Shown: in pieces, positions 49,769 to 58,714 of the stretch
Position numbering within the stretch: the stretch's first letter is position 1
How the letters are laid out: every line of letters begins with the position of its first letter
From: an uncultured bacterium
Lineage (GTDB): Bacteria > Abyssobacteria > SURF-5
Length of the DNA: 64,000 nucleotides
Assembly: GCA_964607485.1 (NCBI GenBank)
Contig: CAZSKP010000001.1
Coordinates: 128,001-192,000, forward strand
Reading direction: 5' to 3'
Notes under the pieces: model-generated
The model's input: the letters and a program-made list of their open reading frames with translations, nothing else
Told to the model about the DNA's origin: nothing
Database searches by the model: none
Program-made: the position numbers and the translations under genes

Positions 49769-50899
49769 GTGAATGAGATGAACCTCGACAAGAAAACCAG
49801 GGTGGCGCTGCTTGTACTGGCGCTCATCGTGTTTCTCGGAGGCACTTACTTCCTGGCCTCTCTGATTTTTCGACAGGGGACCAATGCCTCAATCTTGGCC
49901 CGGCAGGTTGATTCGATATTCTCGCACACTCTGTCGGCGGCAGGCGCGAAAACGTCGGAGATGCGGAAGAATTACGTCCATAAGCGCAGCGGCAAGCTCG
50001 ACTGGGAACAAATCGAAGTCGTCGTGACCCTGGATCAATCTCAGTCATTGTATTCTTTGAGCAGAAAGCTGCGCGACAGTCTGGACATCCCAGCGCTCGC
50101 GGTCACGGAGAGAGGAATATATCAAAACCCCCCGTTCAGCGAGCTTCAACTGTCGGTTTATTTCGACGAAGTGCCCATTTACCAAATGCTCCTGAGGCAA
50201 AAGCGCGTCGCGTCGATCCCCAAGCAGAAGGTCGAAGAGAAGCGTCCCAGAATCGCTCTGGTGGTGGACGACGTGGGCTATGACATAAAGCGCGCGCTCG
50301 AGCTGCTGAATATGCGCCGTCCGATGACCATATCCATCTTTCCGCAGCTGAAATATTCGAGGCACATCGCCGAAGTCGCGCACGATATGGGATACGAGGT
50401 CATGATGCACTTGCCCATGGAGCCCGGCGAGAGACTGAGGCGCAATCCCGGCTTCATCACGCTCAATATGAAGGAAGATTCGCTCTACTGGGTGCTCGAC
50501 AGGGATTTCGAATCCATCCCTTATGTTGTCGGAGTCAACAATCATCAGGGCTCCAGAATGACCGCCGACGCGGGAGCCATGGCCCGTGTCATGCGCTATC
50601 TGGCGAAGAAAGACGTGTTCTTCATCGACAGCCGCACAACGAGCGACTCGGTCGCCTATCAGGTCGCCAAGACCTTCGGCCTTCGGGCTGCCGAGAACGA
50701 CGCGTTCCTCGACAATGAGAAGGATGTCGAATACATCAAGGGGCGAATCGAGGTGTTGATGCAGGAGGCGGAGGAAAAGGGCTCGGCGATAGGCATCTGC
50801 CACGTGCGTCCGGCCACCATGCAGGCTCTCCGGGAGATGTTCCCCGTTATAGATAAGAGAGGAATCGAGATTGTTTACGCCTCCGAATTGGTCCACTGA
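49769..50899 (+). CDS. Divergent polysaccharide deacetylase (YibQ family)
   Basis: IALVVDDVG, HLPMEP, GVNNHQGS, FIDSRT, FLDN, IGICH; N-terminal TM. Confidence 0.92.
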   Translation: MNEMNLDKKTRVALLVLALIVFLGGTYFLASLIFRQGTNASILARQVDSIFSHTLSAAGAKTSEMRKNYVHKRSGKLDWEQIEVVVTLDQSQSLYSLSRKLRDSLDIPALAVTERGIYQNPPFSELQLSVYFDEVPIYQMLLRQKRVASIPKQKVEEKRPRIALVVDDVGYDIKRALELLNMRRPMTISIFPQLKYSRHIAEVAHDMGYEVMMHLPMEPGERLRRNPGFITLNMKEDSLYWVLDRDFESIPYVVGVNNHQGSRMTADAGAMARVMRYLAKKDVFFIDSRTTSDSVAYQVAKTFGLRAAENDAFLDNEKDVEYIKGRIEVLMQEAEEKGSAIGICHVRPATMQALREMFPVIDKRGIEIVYASELVH

Positions 50900-50908
50900 G
50901 ACGGGACA

Positions 50909-51937
50909 GTGCTGATTCTGGGAATCGAGACATCCTGCGACGAAACGGGCGTGGCCGTCGTCGAGGACGGAACCCGCATACTGGCCAACGAGGTGGCCTC
51001 CCAAATCCCGCTTCACGCGCGGTTTGGAGGGGTCGTGCCCGAACTCGCCTCCCGCGCGCACATCAGAGTCATCGCACCCATGCTCCGGTCGGCGCTGGCG
51101 AAGGCCGGCTGTTCTCTCGACGAAATTGACGCCATCGCCGTGACCGTCGGGCCGGGGCTGGTCGGGTCGCTCCTCGTGGGCATCAGTTTCGCCAAATCCC
51201 TCGCCTACGTCAAACGCAAGCCGCTCGTGCCCGTCCACCATCTCGAAGGTCACATATACGCCAACATCGTCACGGGCTCTTCCCTCCGGTTCCCGTTCGT
51301 GGCTCTCATCGCGTCCGGCGGCCACACCGACCTGATCGAATGCCGGGAGCCGCTTCACTATCGGATTCTCGGACGCACGCGCGACGACGCGGCCGGAGAG
51401 GCGTTCGACAAGGTCGCAAAGATGCTCAGGCTCGACTATCCCGGCGGCCCGGCGATCGAGCGCGCAGCGGTCGCAGGCGACCCGCAGGCGTTCGGTTTCC
51501 CGCGGCCGATGCTCGCGGATTCGGGACTCGACTTCAGCTTCAGCGGATTGAAGACGGCGGTGCTGTATTGCCTCAACGACCTCGATAAAGCCGGTAAGAC
51601 CTCCGAGAACATTCCCGACATCGCCGCGAGCTTTCAGGCCGCCGTCGCCGAAGTGCTGGCCGAGAAGGCTCGCCGCGCGGTGCTCGAGGCCGGCGTGTCG
51701 ATGCTGGCGCTTGGAGGCGGCGTGATGGCGAACGAGCGCGTCAAAGAGACGATCAGAAGCCGAGCCGGATGCGAGGTGTTCGCGCCGCCGCCAGAGCTCT
51801 GCCTCGATAACGGCGCGATGACCGCCTCCGCGGGATACCGCAGGCATCTCTCCGGCTGTGTCGCCGACATGACGCTCAACGCTGAACCCAACCTTCGACT
51901 CTCCTCCGAGCTATGGAAAGAACTCGAGCGACAATAG
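50909..51937 (+). CDS. tsaD: tRNA N6-threonylcarbamoyladenosine transferase
   Basis: GIETSCDET, GGVVPELASRAH, HHLEGH, SGGHT, DDAAGEAFDK, FSFSGLK, DNGAM. Confidence 0.97.
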   Translation: MLILGIETSCDETGVAVVEDGTRILANEVASQIPLHARFGGVVPELASRAHIRVIAPMLRSALAKAGCSLDEIDAIAVTVGPGLVGSLLVGISFAKSLAYVKRKPLVPVHHLEGHIYANIVTGSSLRFPFVALIASGGHTDLIECREPLHYRILGRTRDDAAGEAFDKVAKMLRLDYPGGPAIERAAVAGDPQAFGFPRPMLADSGLDFSFSGLKTAVLYCLNDLDKAGKTSENIPDIAASFQAAVAEVLAEKARRAVLEAGVSMLALGGGVMANERVKETIRSRAGCEVFAPPPELCLDNGAMTASAGYRRHLSGCVADMTLNAEPNLRLSSELWKELERQ

Positions 51938-52908
51938 GCTCAGTGAACATAAGCTCTCCCGTCGTGCTCGGACCCATGTCCGGCATCACAGACATCGCGT
52001 TTCGGTTGATTGCCAAGTCCTTTGGTGCCGCACTGGTCTATATTCCACTCATAAGCGCGAAGGCGCTCAGCCTCGGAAGCCGCAAGACGCTCGACCTGCT
52101 CGTATCCGACCCTGCCGAGCGGCCGGTCGCGGTTCAGATATTCGGCGGCGACGTCGAAACGATAGTCGAAGCCGTAAAGGTGCTCAACGCATATCCGGTC
52201 GATATGATCGATATCAACATGGGCTGTCCCGTTCCAAAGGTGGCGGGACACGCGGGCGGCGCGTCGCTCCTGCGCGACCCGAAGCTGGCGGCCGAGATTG
52301 TGAGAGCGGCCGTCGGCGCGACCGACATGCCTGTGACCGTCAAGCTGCGCGCCGGTTGGGACGCAAGCTCGATAAACGCCCCCGAGATTGCTGGTGCCGT
52401 CGAGGAGGCTGGCGCCTCGGCGATTGCGCTGCATCCGCGCACGAAAGCACAGGGCTTTTCTGGCAGCGCCGACTGGAGCTTGATCACCCGAACGAAACGG
52501 ACCGTGAGCATTCCTGTAATCGGGAGCGGCGACGTGCGCTCTCCCGAGGATGCGAAGAAGATGCTCGAGCAGACAGCTTGCGATTTCGTGATGGTCGCGC
52601 GGGCGGCCAGGGGTAACCCATGGATTTTCAGCCGGACGCTTAAGTTGTTGCTGGAAAACAAATTTGTGCCGGAGCCGTCTCCGGGGGAGAGGCTGCACAC
52701 TCTGGCCAGACACTGCACGCTTTTGGCCGGTTACGAGGGCGGGCGTCGGGCCGCGCTGAAGATGCGAAAACACGCCGGTTGGTACATAAAAGGGCTGAAA
52801 AACGCCGCAATTGCGAGGGAAAAGGTACATCGCGCCCAAACGGTGGACGAGATAATCGACATCTGTCGGGGCCTCGAAAAAGAGTGGCATGAGTCTTGCT
52901 CCCCATAA
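51913..52908 (+). CDS. dusB: tRNA-dihydrouridine synthase B
   Basis: PMSGITD, INMGCP, TVKLRAGW, HPRT, GNPWIF, RKHAGWY. Confidence 0.95.
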   Translation: MERTRATIGSVNISSPVVLGPMSGITDIAFRLIAKSFGAALVYIPLISAKALSLGSRKTLDLLVSDPAERPVAVQIFGGDVETIVEAVKVLNAYPVDMIDINMGCPVPKVAGHAGGASLLRDPKLAAEIVRAAVGATDMPVTVKLRAGWDASSINAPEIAGAVEEAGASAIALHPRTKAQGFSGSADWSLITRTKRTVSIPVIGSGDVRSPEDAKKMLEQTACDFVMVARAARGNPWIFSRTLKLLLENKFVPEPSPGERLHTLARHCTLLAGYEGGRRAALKMRKHAGWYIKGLKNAAIAREKVHRAQTVDEIIDICRGLEKEWHESCSP

Positions 52909-52970
52909 ACGCCGGATACTTCTCTGTTTCCAGTGATTGAGAAACGGCTAAACGGACCGGGGAAGAGCTC

Positions 52971-54038
52971 ATGAATCTGCATGCGTTGCTTCACACCGTG
53001 GTCGGCCAATGCGGCTCCGACATTCATTTCAAGGCCGGCAACCCGCCGGTCATCCGCTATGACGGGCGGCTGGTGAGGCTCGACTATTCGCCCCTCAGCC
53101 GGAAGGACATCGAGGAGGTGTTGCAGCAGATCCTCACCGAGGAAGAATTCAGGATATTCGAAGAGAAGCGTGAGATGGACGTCTCCTACGCGGTGTCCGA
53201 CCTGTCGAGGTTTCGCGTGAACATCTGCCGTGAAATGGGAAGCGTGAGAATCGTGTTCAGGCTGATCCCGTTCGAGATTCCGACGATACGAGAGCTGAAG
53301 CTCCCGATCGTGCTCGAGGAAATCTGCAAGACTCCCCGCGGGCTGGTCCTGGTCACCGGGCCGACCGGCAGTGGAAAATCGACCACGCTCGCGGCTATGA
53401 TAGCGTACATAAACTCACATCAGCCCAAGCACGTGGTGACTATCGAGGACCCCATCGAGTTCGTTCATCCGGATAAGATGGGGATGATCACGCAGCGCCA
53501 GCTCGGGACCGACACGAATTCGTTCATCGACGCAATGCGCACGGTTGTGCGTCAGGACCCCGATGTGATAATGTTGGGTGAAATGCGAGACGCCGAGACG
53601 GTCTTCACCGCCATGCAGGCGGCGGAAACGGGGCACCTCGTCCTGTCAACGCTCCACACGCCCGACGCGGTCGATACGGTCAACCGAATCACCGACTTCT
53701 TCGCTCCGTCTCAGCATCAGCAGGTCAGGAACCAGTTTGCTTCGAGTCTGAGAGCGGTCATCTCGCAGAGGCTCGTCCCCCGGAAATCCGGCGTGGGCAG
53801 AATCGCGGCCGTCGAGGTTCTCGTATGCACTCAGCTCGTCAGAGAGCGAATAAAGATGCAGGCCGACCCCTATCAGCTCACTGCTCTGATGACGGAAGGT
53901 CGGGACACCTACGGCATGCAGACGTTCGACCAGCACTTGTATGAGCTGTGGGAGGCCGAGGAAATATCCGAAGAAACAGCGCTGGAGTTCGCATCGAGTC
54001 CGAAAGACCTTTCATTGAGACTGCGCGGCCTCATCTAA
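52971..54038 (+). CDS. PilT/PilU-family type IV pilus retraction ATPase
   Basis: SDIH, RFRVN, Walker A GPTGSGKST, TIEDPIE, DPDVIMLGEMRD, STLHT, GMQTFDQ. Confidence 0.93.
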   Translation: MNLHALLHTVVGQCGSDIHFKAGNPPVIRYDGRLVRLDYSPLSRKDIEEVLQQILTEEEFRIFEEKREMDVSYAVSDLSRFRVNICREMGSVRIVFRLIPFEIPTIRELKLPIVLEEICKTPRGLVLVTGPTGSGKSTTLAAMIAYINSHQPKHVVTIEDPIEFVHPDKMGMITQRQLGTDTNSFIDAMRTVVRQDPDVIMLGEMRDAETVFTAMQAAETGHLVLSTLHTPDAVDTVNRITDFFAPSQHQQVRNQFASSLRAVISQRLVPRKSGVGRIAAVEVLVCTQLVRERIKMQADPYQLTALMTEGRDTYGMQTFDQHLYELWEAEEISEETALEFASSPKDLSLRLRGLI

Positions 54039-54066
54039 CGTCGCCCGCAAATTGTTTTCGGGAGTC

Positions 54067-55182
54067 ATGCGGAGGGTAATGGACGAAGTCCGCGATTGGC
54101 TGGAGTTGAGCCTCGTTCCCGGTGTCGGCCCGAAAACTTTCTTTAAGCTGCTCAACCATTTCGGAACTGCAAGAAGAGTCCTGGAAGCTTCCCGCCCGGC
54201 GCTGAAGGAAGTGCCCGAGGTAAGCGCCGCCGTAATCGAAGCGGTCATTCTCGGCTGCAAATCCGACCTCGACAAGTCACTCAAACTCATCGAAAGACAC
54301 GACGTCTCCGTCGTCACATTTAACAATCCCGCCTATCCTGAACGCCTGAAGAACATTTACGATCCCCCTCCGCTTCTGTACGTCAAGGAAGCCTTCTGCG
54401 CCGCCGACGACAACGCGATCAGCATCGTCGGTTCCAGAAGGGCCACTCATTACGGGAAGATGGCGGCGGGCAGGCTTGCCGGCGACCTCGCTCGCCTGGG
54501 CTTTACCGTGGTGAGCGGGCTCGCCCATGGAATCGACGCGGCGGCCCACAAGGGAGCGCTCGAAGCCGGCGGACGCACGATAGCCGTGCTCGGCTGCGGG
54601 GTAGATGTGGTTTATCCGAAGGCCAACGCGAAGCTCTACGAGCAGATTGTCCCATCAGGCGCACTCGTTTCCGAATTTCCAATGGGCTGCCAGCCCGACC
54701 CGGGATTCTTTCCCCTGCGCAATCGAATCATAAGCGGGCTCTCGCTGGGTACGCTCGTCGTCGAGGCGCCTCGCAAGAGCGGCGCCCTGATAACCGCCAG
54801 ACACGCGCTCGAGCAGGGCCGCGAGGTCTTCGCCGTGCCGGGCAACATCTATTCGCCGTACAGCGCGGGCTGTCACAGGCTGATAAAAGACGGGGCCAAG
54901 CTTGTGGAGAGCGTTTATGATATTATAGGCGAGGTCGAGCACAACCTTGTGGGTATCGAATCCGCCGAGCCTGCGGAAGAGCCGCCCAAACAGCTCGAAG
55001 CGCCAATGTCAGCCGACGAGAAAAGGGTTTTCAATTTCCTCTCCATGACGCCGGAACACATCGACGACATAGGGGAAGAATGCGGCCTCACCGCTTCGCA
55101 GACCGCAAGCGCGCTGATGACGCTCGAGATAAAGGGGCTGGTGCAACAGCTTTCGGGCAAACGTTTCATCCGTCACGCTTGA
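54067..55182 (+). CDS. dprA: DNA-processing protein DprA
   Basis: VGSR, VSGLAHGID, SEFP, FPLRNRIISG, SGALITA, C-terminal winged helix; start uncertain (54052-54079). Confidence 0.96.
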   Translation: MRRVMDEVRDWLELSLVPGVGPKTFFKLLNHFGTARRVLEASRPALKEVPEVSAAVIEAVILGCKSDLDKSLKLIERHDVSVVTFNNPAYPERLKNIYDPPPLLYVKEAFCAADDNAISIVGSRRATHYGKMAAGRLAGDLARLGFTVVSGLAHGIDAAAHKGALEAGGRTIAVLGCGVDVVYPKANAKLYEQIVPSGALVSEFPMGCQPDPGFFPLRNRIISGLSLGTLVVEAPRKSGALITARHALEQGREVFAVPGNIYSPYSAGCHRLIKDGAKLVESVYDIIGEVEHNLVGIESAEPAEEPPKQLEAPMSADEKRVFNFLSMTPEHIDDIGEECGLTASQTASALMTLEIKGLVQQLSGKRFIRHA

Positions 55183-55200
55183 CAACAACCTCCGCTCCCT

Positions 55201-56262
55201 ATGAACCGAGAACTCTACATGCGGGTCGTCTCAGGCGACGCAAAGGGAGTCGGCCCGTCGCTGGCCCGCGCTTCGCTTTCCGCCCTCTCCGCTATCTATT
55301 TGCTCGGATACACAGCGAAGCGGGCGGCGTACGACATCGGGCTCATGCGCCGGAGCAGCGTTGACGCGAGGGTGGTGAGCATCGGCAACATCACCGCCGG
55401 CGGCACGGGCAAAACGCCGGCGGCGATCTATTTCGGCCGGAAGTTCTTTGAGGAAGGGCAAAACATCGTCGTGCTCAGCCGCGGCTATGGCCGCACGACC
55501 CCGATGGACGAGCCGCTTGCGGTATCCGACCGCGCGCAGATACTGCTCTCGCCCAAAGAGTCGGGGGACGAGCCCTATCTCATCGCGAAGAAGCTCTCCG
55601 GAGTTCCCGTCGTGGTGTGCGGAAAGAGGGTGAGGGGAGCCGCCTTCGCCATCGAAAAATTCAGCGCCGAGACCATCGTGCTCGACGACGGATTTCAGCA
55701 CATCGCCATAGGCAGGGAAGAGGACATCGTGATCATCGATTGCACGGTTCCCTTCGGCTTCGGACATCTCCTGCCGCGAGGCCTGTTGCGCGAGCCGCTT
55801 TCAGCGCTGGGTAGGGCGACCAGCTTCCTTTTGACCCGAGCCGATGAACGCGAGCACGCCCATATCGTCGAAGGCCTGAGGCGAATCAACCCAACGGCGG
55901 AAATACTCGAGAGCCGCCATCGCCCGGTGCGATTGGTCGGGCTGAAGGAAGGAATCGAGGCCCCGCTCAGCTCCCTCTCGGGCAGACGGGTGCTCGCGCT
56001 GTCGAGCATCGGCAACCCGAAGTCGTTCGAGGAAACGCTTGGGCGGCTGGGAGCCGAGGTGGTGCGTTCCCTCAGGTTTAAGGACCATCATTGGTACGAT
56101 TCGGCCGACATCGAAAGGATACGGAGAGAGGCGGAGAGATGCTCCGCCGAACACATCGTGAGCACGGAGAAGGACGGGGTCAGGCTGGCGCTCACGGCCG
56201 GGGCTCTGGAGAACGCGCTTCTGCTGGAGGTAGAGCTTGAAGTGTTCGGTCACGCCCCCTGA
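55201..56262 (+). CDS. lpxK: Tetraacyldisaccharide 4'-kinase
   Basis: GNITAGGTGKTP, SRGYG, GDEP, LDDGFQH, LLPRGLLREP, DHH, TEKD. Confidence 0.96.
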   Translation: MNRELYMRVVSGDAKGVGPSLARASLSALSAIYLLGYTAKRAAYDIGLMRRSSVDARVVSIGNITAGGTGKTPAAIYFGRKFFEEGQNIVVLSRGYGRTTPMDEPLAVSDRAQILLSPKESGDEPYLIAKKLSGVPVVVCGKRVRGAAFAIEKFSAETIVLDDGFQHIAIGREEDIVIIDCTVPFGFGHLLPRGLLREPLSALGRATSFLLTRADEREHAHIVEGLRRINPTAEILESRHRPVRLVGLKEGIEAPLSSLSGRRVLALSSIGNPKSFEETLGRLGAEVVRSLRFKDHHWYDSADIERIRREAERCSAEHIVSTEKDGVRLALTAGALENALLLEVELEVFGHAP

Positions 56263-56274
56263 ATACAAAAGGCG

Positions 56275-56450
56275 TGTTGCCCAAATGATTCGGAGTTATT
56301 GCGAGGGAGAGTAAGGGACTCGACCGAAGCAATCCTGGGGGCGTTTCCCCAGGCCATCGGGATTGCTTCGTCGCCCGAGCTTGCAGCTCTTTGCTCCTCG
56401 CAATGACAAGGCGGGGGACCATGGTTGGGTGCGGAACCATTTGGGTAACA
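56275..56450. mobile_element. MITE-like element with a nested palindromic repeat
   Basis: Imperfect 17-bp terminal IRs tgttgcccaaatgattc / gaaccatttgggtaaca (TGT...ACA ends) enclose GTTATTGCGAG...CGAAGCAATC...GATTGCTTCG...CTCGCAATGAC (56295-56407). Confidence 0.6.
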
Positions 56451-56454
56451 AATC

Positions 56455-56491
56455 GAAAAGGCAACGCCCCGCCGCCATTGAGCGACGGGGC
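56455..56491 (-). terminator. Probable intrinsic terminator of the minus-strand envelope operon
   Basis: Minus strand gccccgtcgc-tcaatg-gcggcggggc stem-loop followed by gttgcctttt. Confidence 0.5.
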
Positions 56492-56510
56492 CCTGTCGAA
56501 ACCTATCAGG

Positions 56511-56645
56511 TTACTCGACCACGAATTCCTCGCCGACGACGTGCCTCTCTACGGTTATATCCTTCTTGGTTCTGGAGCAACTCATGAGCACGGTGATGAG
56601 CGCGAGTCCCACTATGATCAATGCAGCCTTGCGCAGTTTTGTCAT
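56511..56645 (-). CDS. 44-aa lipoprotein (absent from the ORF track)
   Basis: GGAGGTG RBS; MTKLRKAALIIVGLALITVLMSCSRTKKDITVERHVVGEEFVVE*; basic n-region, hydrophobic h-region, lipobox LMS-C. Confidence 0.8.
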   Translation of the reverse strand: MTKLRKAALIIVGLALITVLMSCSRTKKDITVERHVVGEEFVVE

Positions 56646-56683
56646 CGATGTTCACCTCCGAGGCTTCAGTCCGTCGATTCCCG

Positions 56684-57985
56684 TTATCTGTAGTCCTTCA
56701 CAATATCCCACACGCCCGACAGGGGGGCCTCCACGTCCACTTCGACCACACCGTCGTCGAGATAGCGCGTGTCCACCTTTTTTGCGCCCCTCAAGAAGGC
56801 ATCCAGCCTCGTGTTGACCTCGTCGTGCTCGGCTGCATAGTCGCGGACATACGTGGCCGAATCGACCCGGATGCCGTTAATTCTCTCGAGGAGGTTACGC
56901 TTGGCGTCCACCTCCGCCGCGCGTTCGGCCAACAGTCCCGCCTGATTGGGGTCCGTCACGTCTTCGGGCGGAATGCCCGAGCCGGTCGCACGGATGTACT
57001 GTGTCGCCCACTCGGGCTCATAAGGCGCCTCCTCCGCCGCTGCTTCCGGGACGGGGCCTGCGCTCGCGCCGTAGCTTCTGGGTACACCGGAGCCCGTCGC
57101 CACGAGCGATTTGTTCTCGTAGTAGGTGTTCACCTTGTCGAACGAGTGTTCGTGCCAGCGGCCGCCGTGGTAGTGTTCCTTCACTATCCTGCGGAGTTCC
57201 TGCTGGATTTCCTGTATCGTACATTCCACGTCAACTTCGCAGATGGGCCCGGCGACGTAACGGGTGTCGAGGATGCGGCAGCCTTTGATGAATGTGTCCA
57301 GGCTCGTGTTTATCACATCGCTCTCGGCGACGAAGTCGCGCACGTACGTCTGCGAGTCGATCTGCAATCCCTTGACGCGTTCGGCCATGTTCCGGTAGGC
57401 GTCGGCGATCGCGGCGCGTCGCGCGAGCAGCCTGTCCTGCGGAGATACGCCTTGCCAATCGGGATTCATGGCGGGCGCCGGTCTTGTCGGCGCCGGCATC
57501 GGCGGCGGAGCCGTCTCCGGTTCGAGCGGTCTGGGGGCGCCCATGCCCGTGGCCGAGATAACCTTCGGAGTGTAGTAGTCATGAATCTTGTCGAAGCTGT
57601 GCTCGTGCCAGCGGCCGCCGTGATAGTGTTCCTTCACTATCCGCTTGAGCTCTTCCTCGACCTGTTGGATGGTGACTTCGACGTCCACCTCGCAGGAGCC
57701 GTCGGCGAGCTCGCGTTCGTCAACGACACGAACGCCCTTGATGAACGTGTCCAGCGCGGTAGCTATCTCGTCGCTTTCGGCGACGAAGTCGCGCACATAC
57801 GTGGCCGACTCTATCCGCAAACCGTTCACGCGCTCGGCGAGCTGGCGATACGCATCGGCCTTCGCCGCACGACACGCGAGCAGCCTCTGTTGAGGCGTGA
57901 GCTGGGCCTCGGCGGGAACGCCCCACGCGAGAACAAGCGCCGCCACAAGCGTGATTAAGAAAACTGAGAAAATCTTCTGCCTCAT
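56684..57985 (-). CDS. Exported protein with three tandem LPP20/FlgP-like domains
   Basis: ATG 57985 with GGAGG RBS; signal peptide ending AEA; three copies of LLA.RAA..DA.R...ER..G........VRD........LD.F..G. Confidence 0.85.
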   Translation of the reverse strand: MRQKIFSVFLITLVAALVLAWGVPAEAQLTPQQRLLACRAAKADAYRQLAERVNGLRIESATYVRDFVAESDEIATALDTFIKGVRVVDERELADGSCEVDVEVTIQQVEEELKRIVKEHYHGGRWHEHSFDKIHDYYTPKVISATGMGAPRPLEPETAPPPMPAPTRPAPAMNPDWQGVSPQDRLLARRAAIADAYRNMAERVKGLQIDSQTYVRDFVAESDVINTSLDTFIKGCRILDTRYVAGPICEVDVECTIQEIQQELRRIVKEHYHGGRWHEHSFDKVNTYYENKSLVATGSGVPRSYGASAGPVPEAAAEEAPYEPEWATQYIRATGSGIPPEDVTDPNQAGLLAERAAEVDAKRNLLERINGIRVDSATYVRDYAAEHDEVNTRLDAFLRGAKKVDTRYLDDGVVEVDVEAPLSGVWDIVKDYR

Positions 57986-58034
57986 TTCCAAGCCCTCCTT
58001 CCCTACGATTCCTGAATTCCGTCGTGCATCGTTC

Positions 58035-58056
58035 GTGCGAATGAATTCGCACCTAC
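58035..58056 (-). repeat. REP-type extragenic palindrome (GTAG-capped)
   Basis: Minus strand GTAG-GTGCGAATTCATTCGCAC: GTAG tetranucleotide plus hairpin. Confidence 0.7.
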
Positions 58057-58073
58057 ACAATTGACGGCTTGTT

Positions 58074-58700
58074 TCACTGTCCCTCGGCCTCCGATTCTCC
58101 TTCTTCCGTTTTTTGCTTTTCCCTTTTTGCAAAAAGCTCTTGCCATTCCTCCTTGGTGATTTCGCGTCGTTCGGGCTCGACTTCGACCACGGCTACGCCG
58201 TTTTCTCTCAGGACATTCGTGAGGTTCTCGTAACTGACCGAACGGCCTCCGACGCGGCTGACGCTGACGGGCAGCTCCATATCGGCTTCGACGTGTCCGT
58301 CGTAGTAATAGCGGGTCTCGACGACGGTCGCGCCTTTCACGAAGTCGGTGACGGATTCATAGTACGTTCTGCCGGTCAGAGAGCTCACCACCCTGCCGCG
58401 CATGGCGGCGAGCTTTCGGTAACCGTCCACGATCGCCGCCCTGCGCGCCATCAGACGTGCCTGCGGGCCCGAATGGCGCGGAGATTCGTATCCTGTGCCC
58501 GTGGCCCGGACGACCATGCTCGCCTTGTGCGCGCTCTCGCTCACTTTCTTCCTATCAACCTTCACGAACGCGTCTTCTTTCGCAAAGGCCGTGGAGGCGA
58601 AGATTGCGAGGGCTCCGACCACACAGGTCAGAACGGCAAGAGAGCCGGATTTTTTGGCATTGGGAGGCCTCATTATCGAAGCACCACCCTTACTCTTCAT
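58074..58700 (-). CDS. Exported single LPP20/FlgP-like domain protein
   Basis: Signal peptide ending AFA; VRATGTG...QARLMARRAAIVDGYRKLA...FVKGATVVETRYYYDGHVEADMEL, homologous to the repeats of the downstream gene. Confidence 0.8.
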   Translation of the reverse strand: MKSKGGASIMRPPNAKKSGSLAVLTCVVGALAIFASTAFAKEDAFVKVDRKKVSESAHKASMVVRATGTGYESPRHSGPQARLMARRAAIVDGYRKLAAMRGRVVSSLTGRTYYESVTDFVKGATVVETRYYYDGHVEADMELPVSVSRVGGRSVSYENLTNVLRENGVAVVEVEPERREITKEEWQELFAKREKQKTEEGESEAEGQ

Positions 58701-58714
58701 GTGTCCAGCCCGAC

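Noticed and set aside
47402-50899. Amidase-GerMN-YibQ trio as a novel system
   Set aside because: Amidase-GerMN adjacency is a familiar envelope arrangement; nothing unusual seen.
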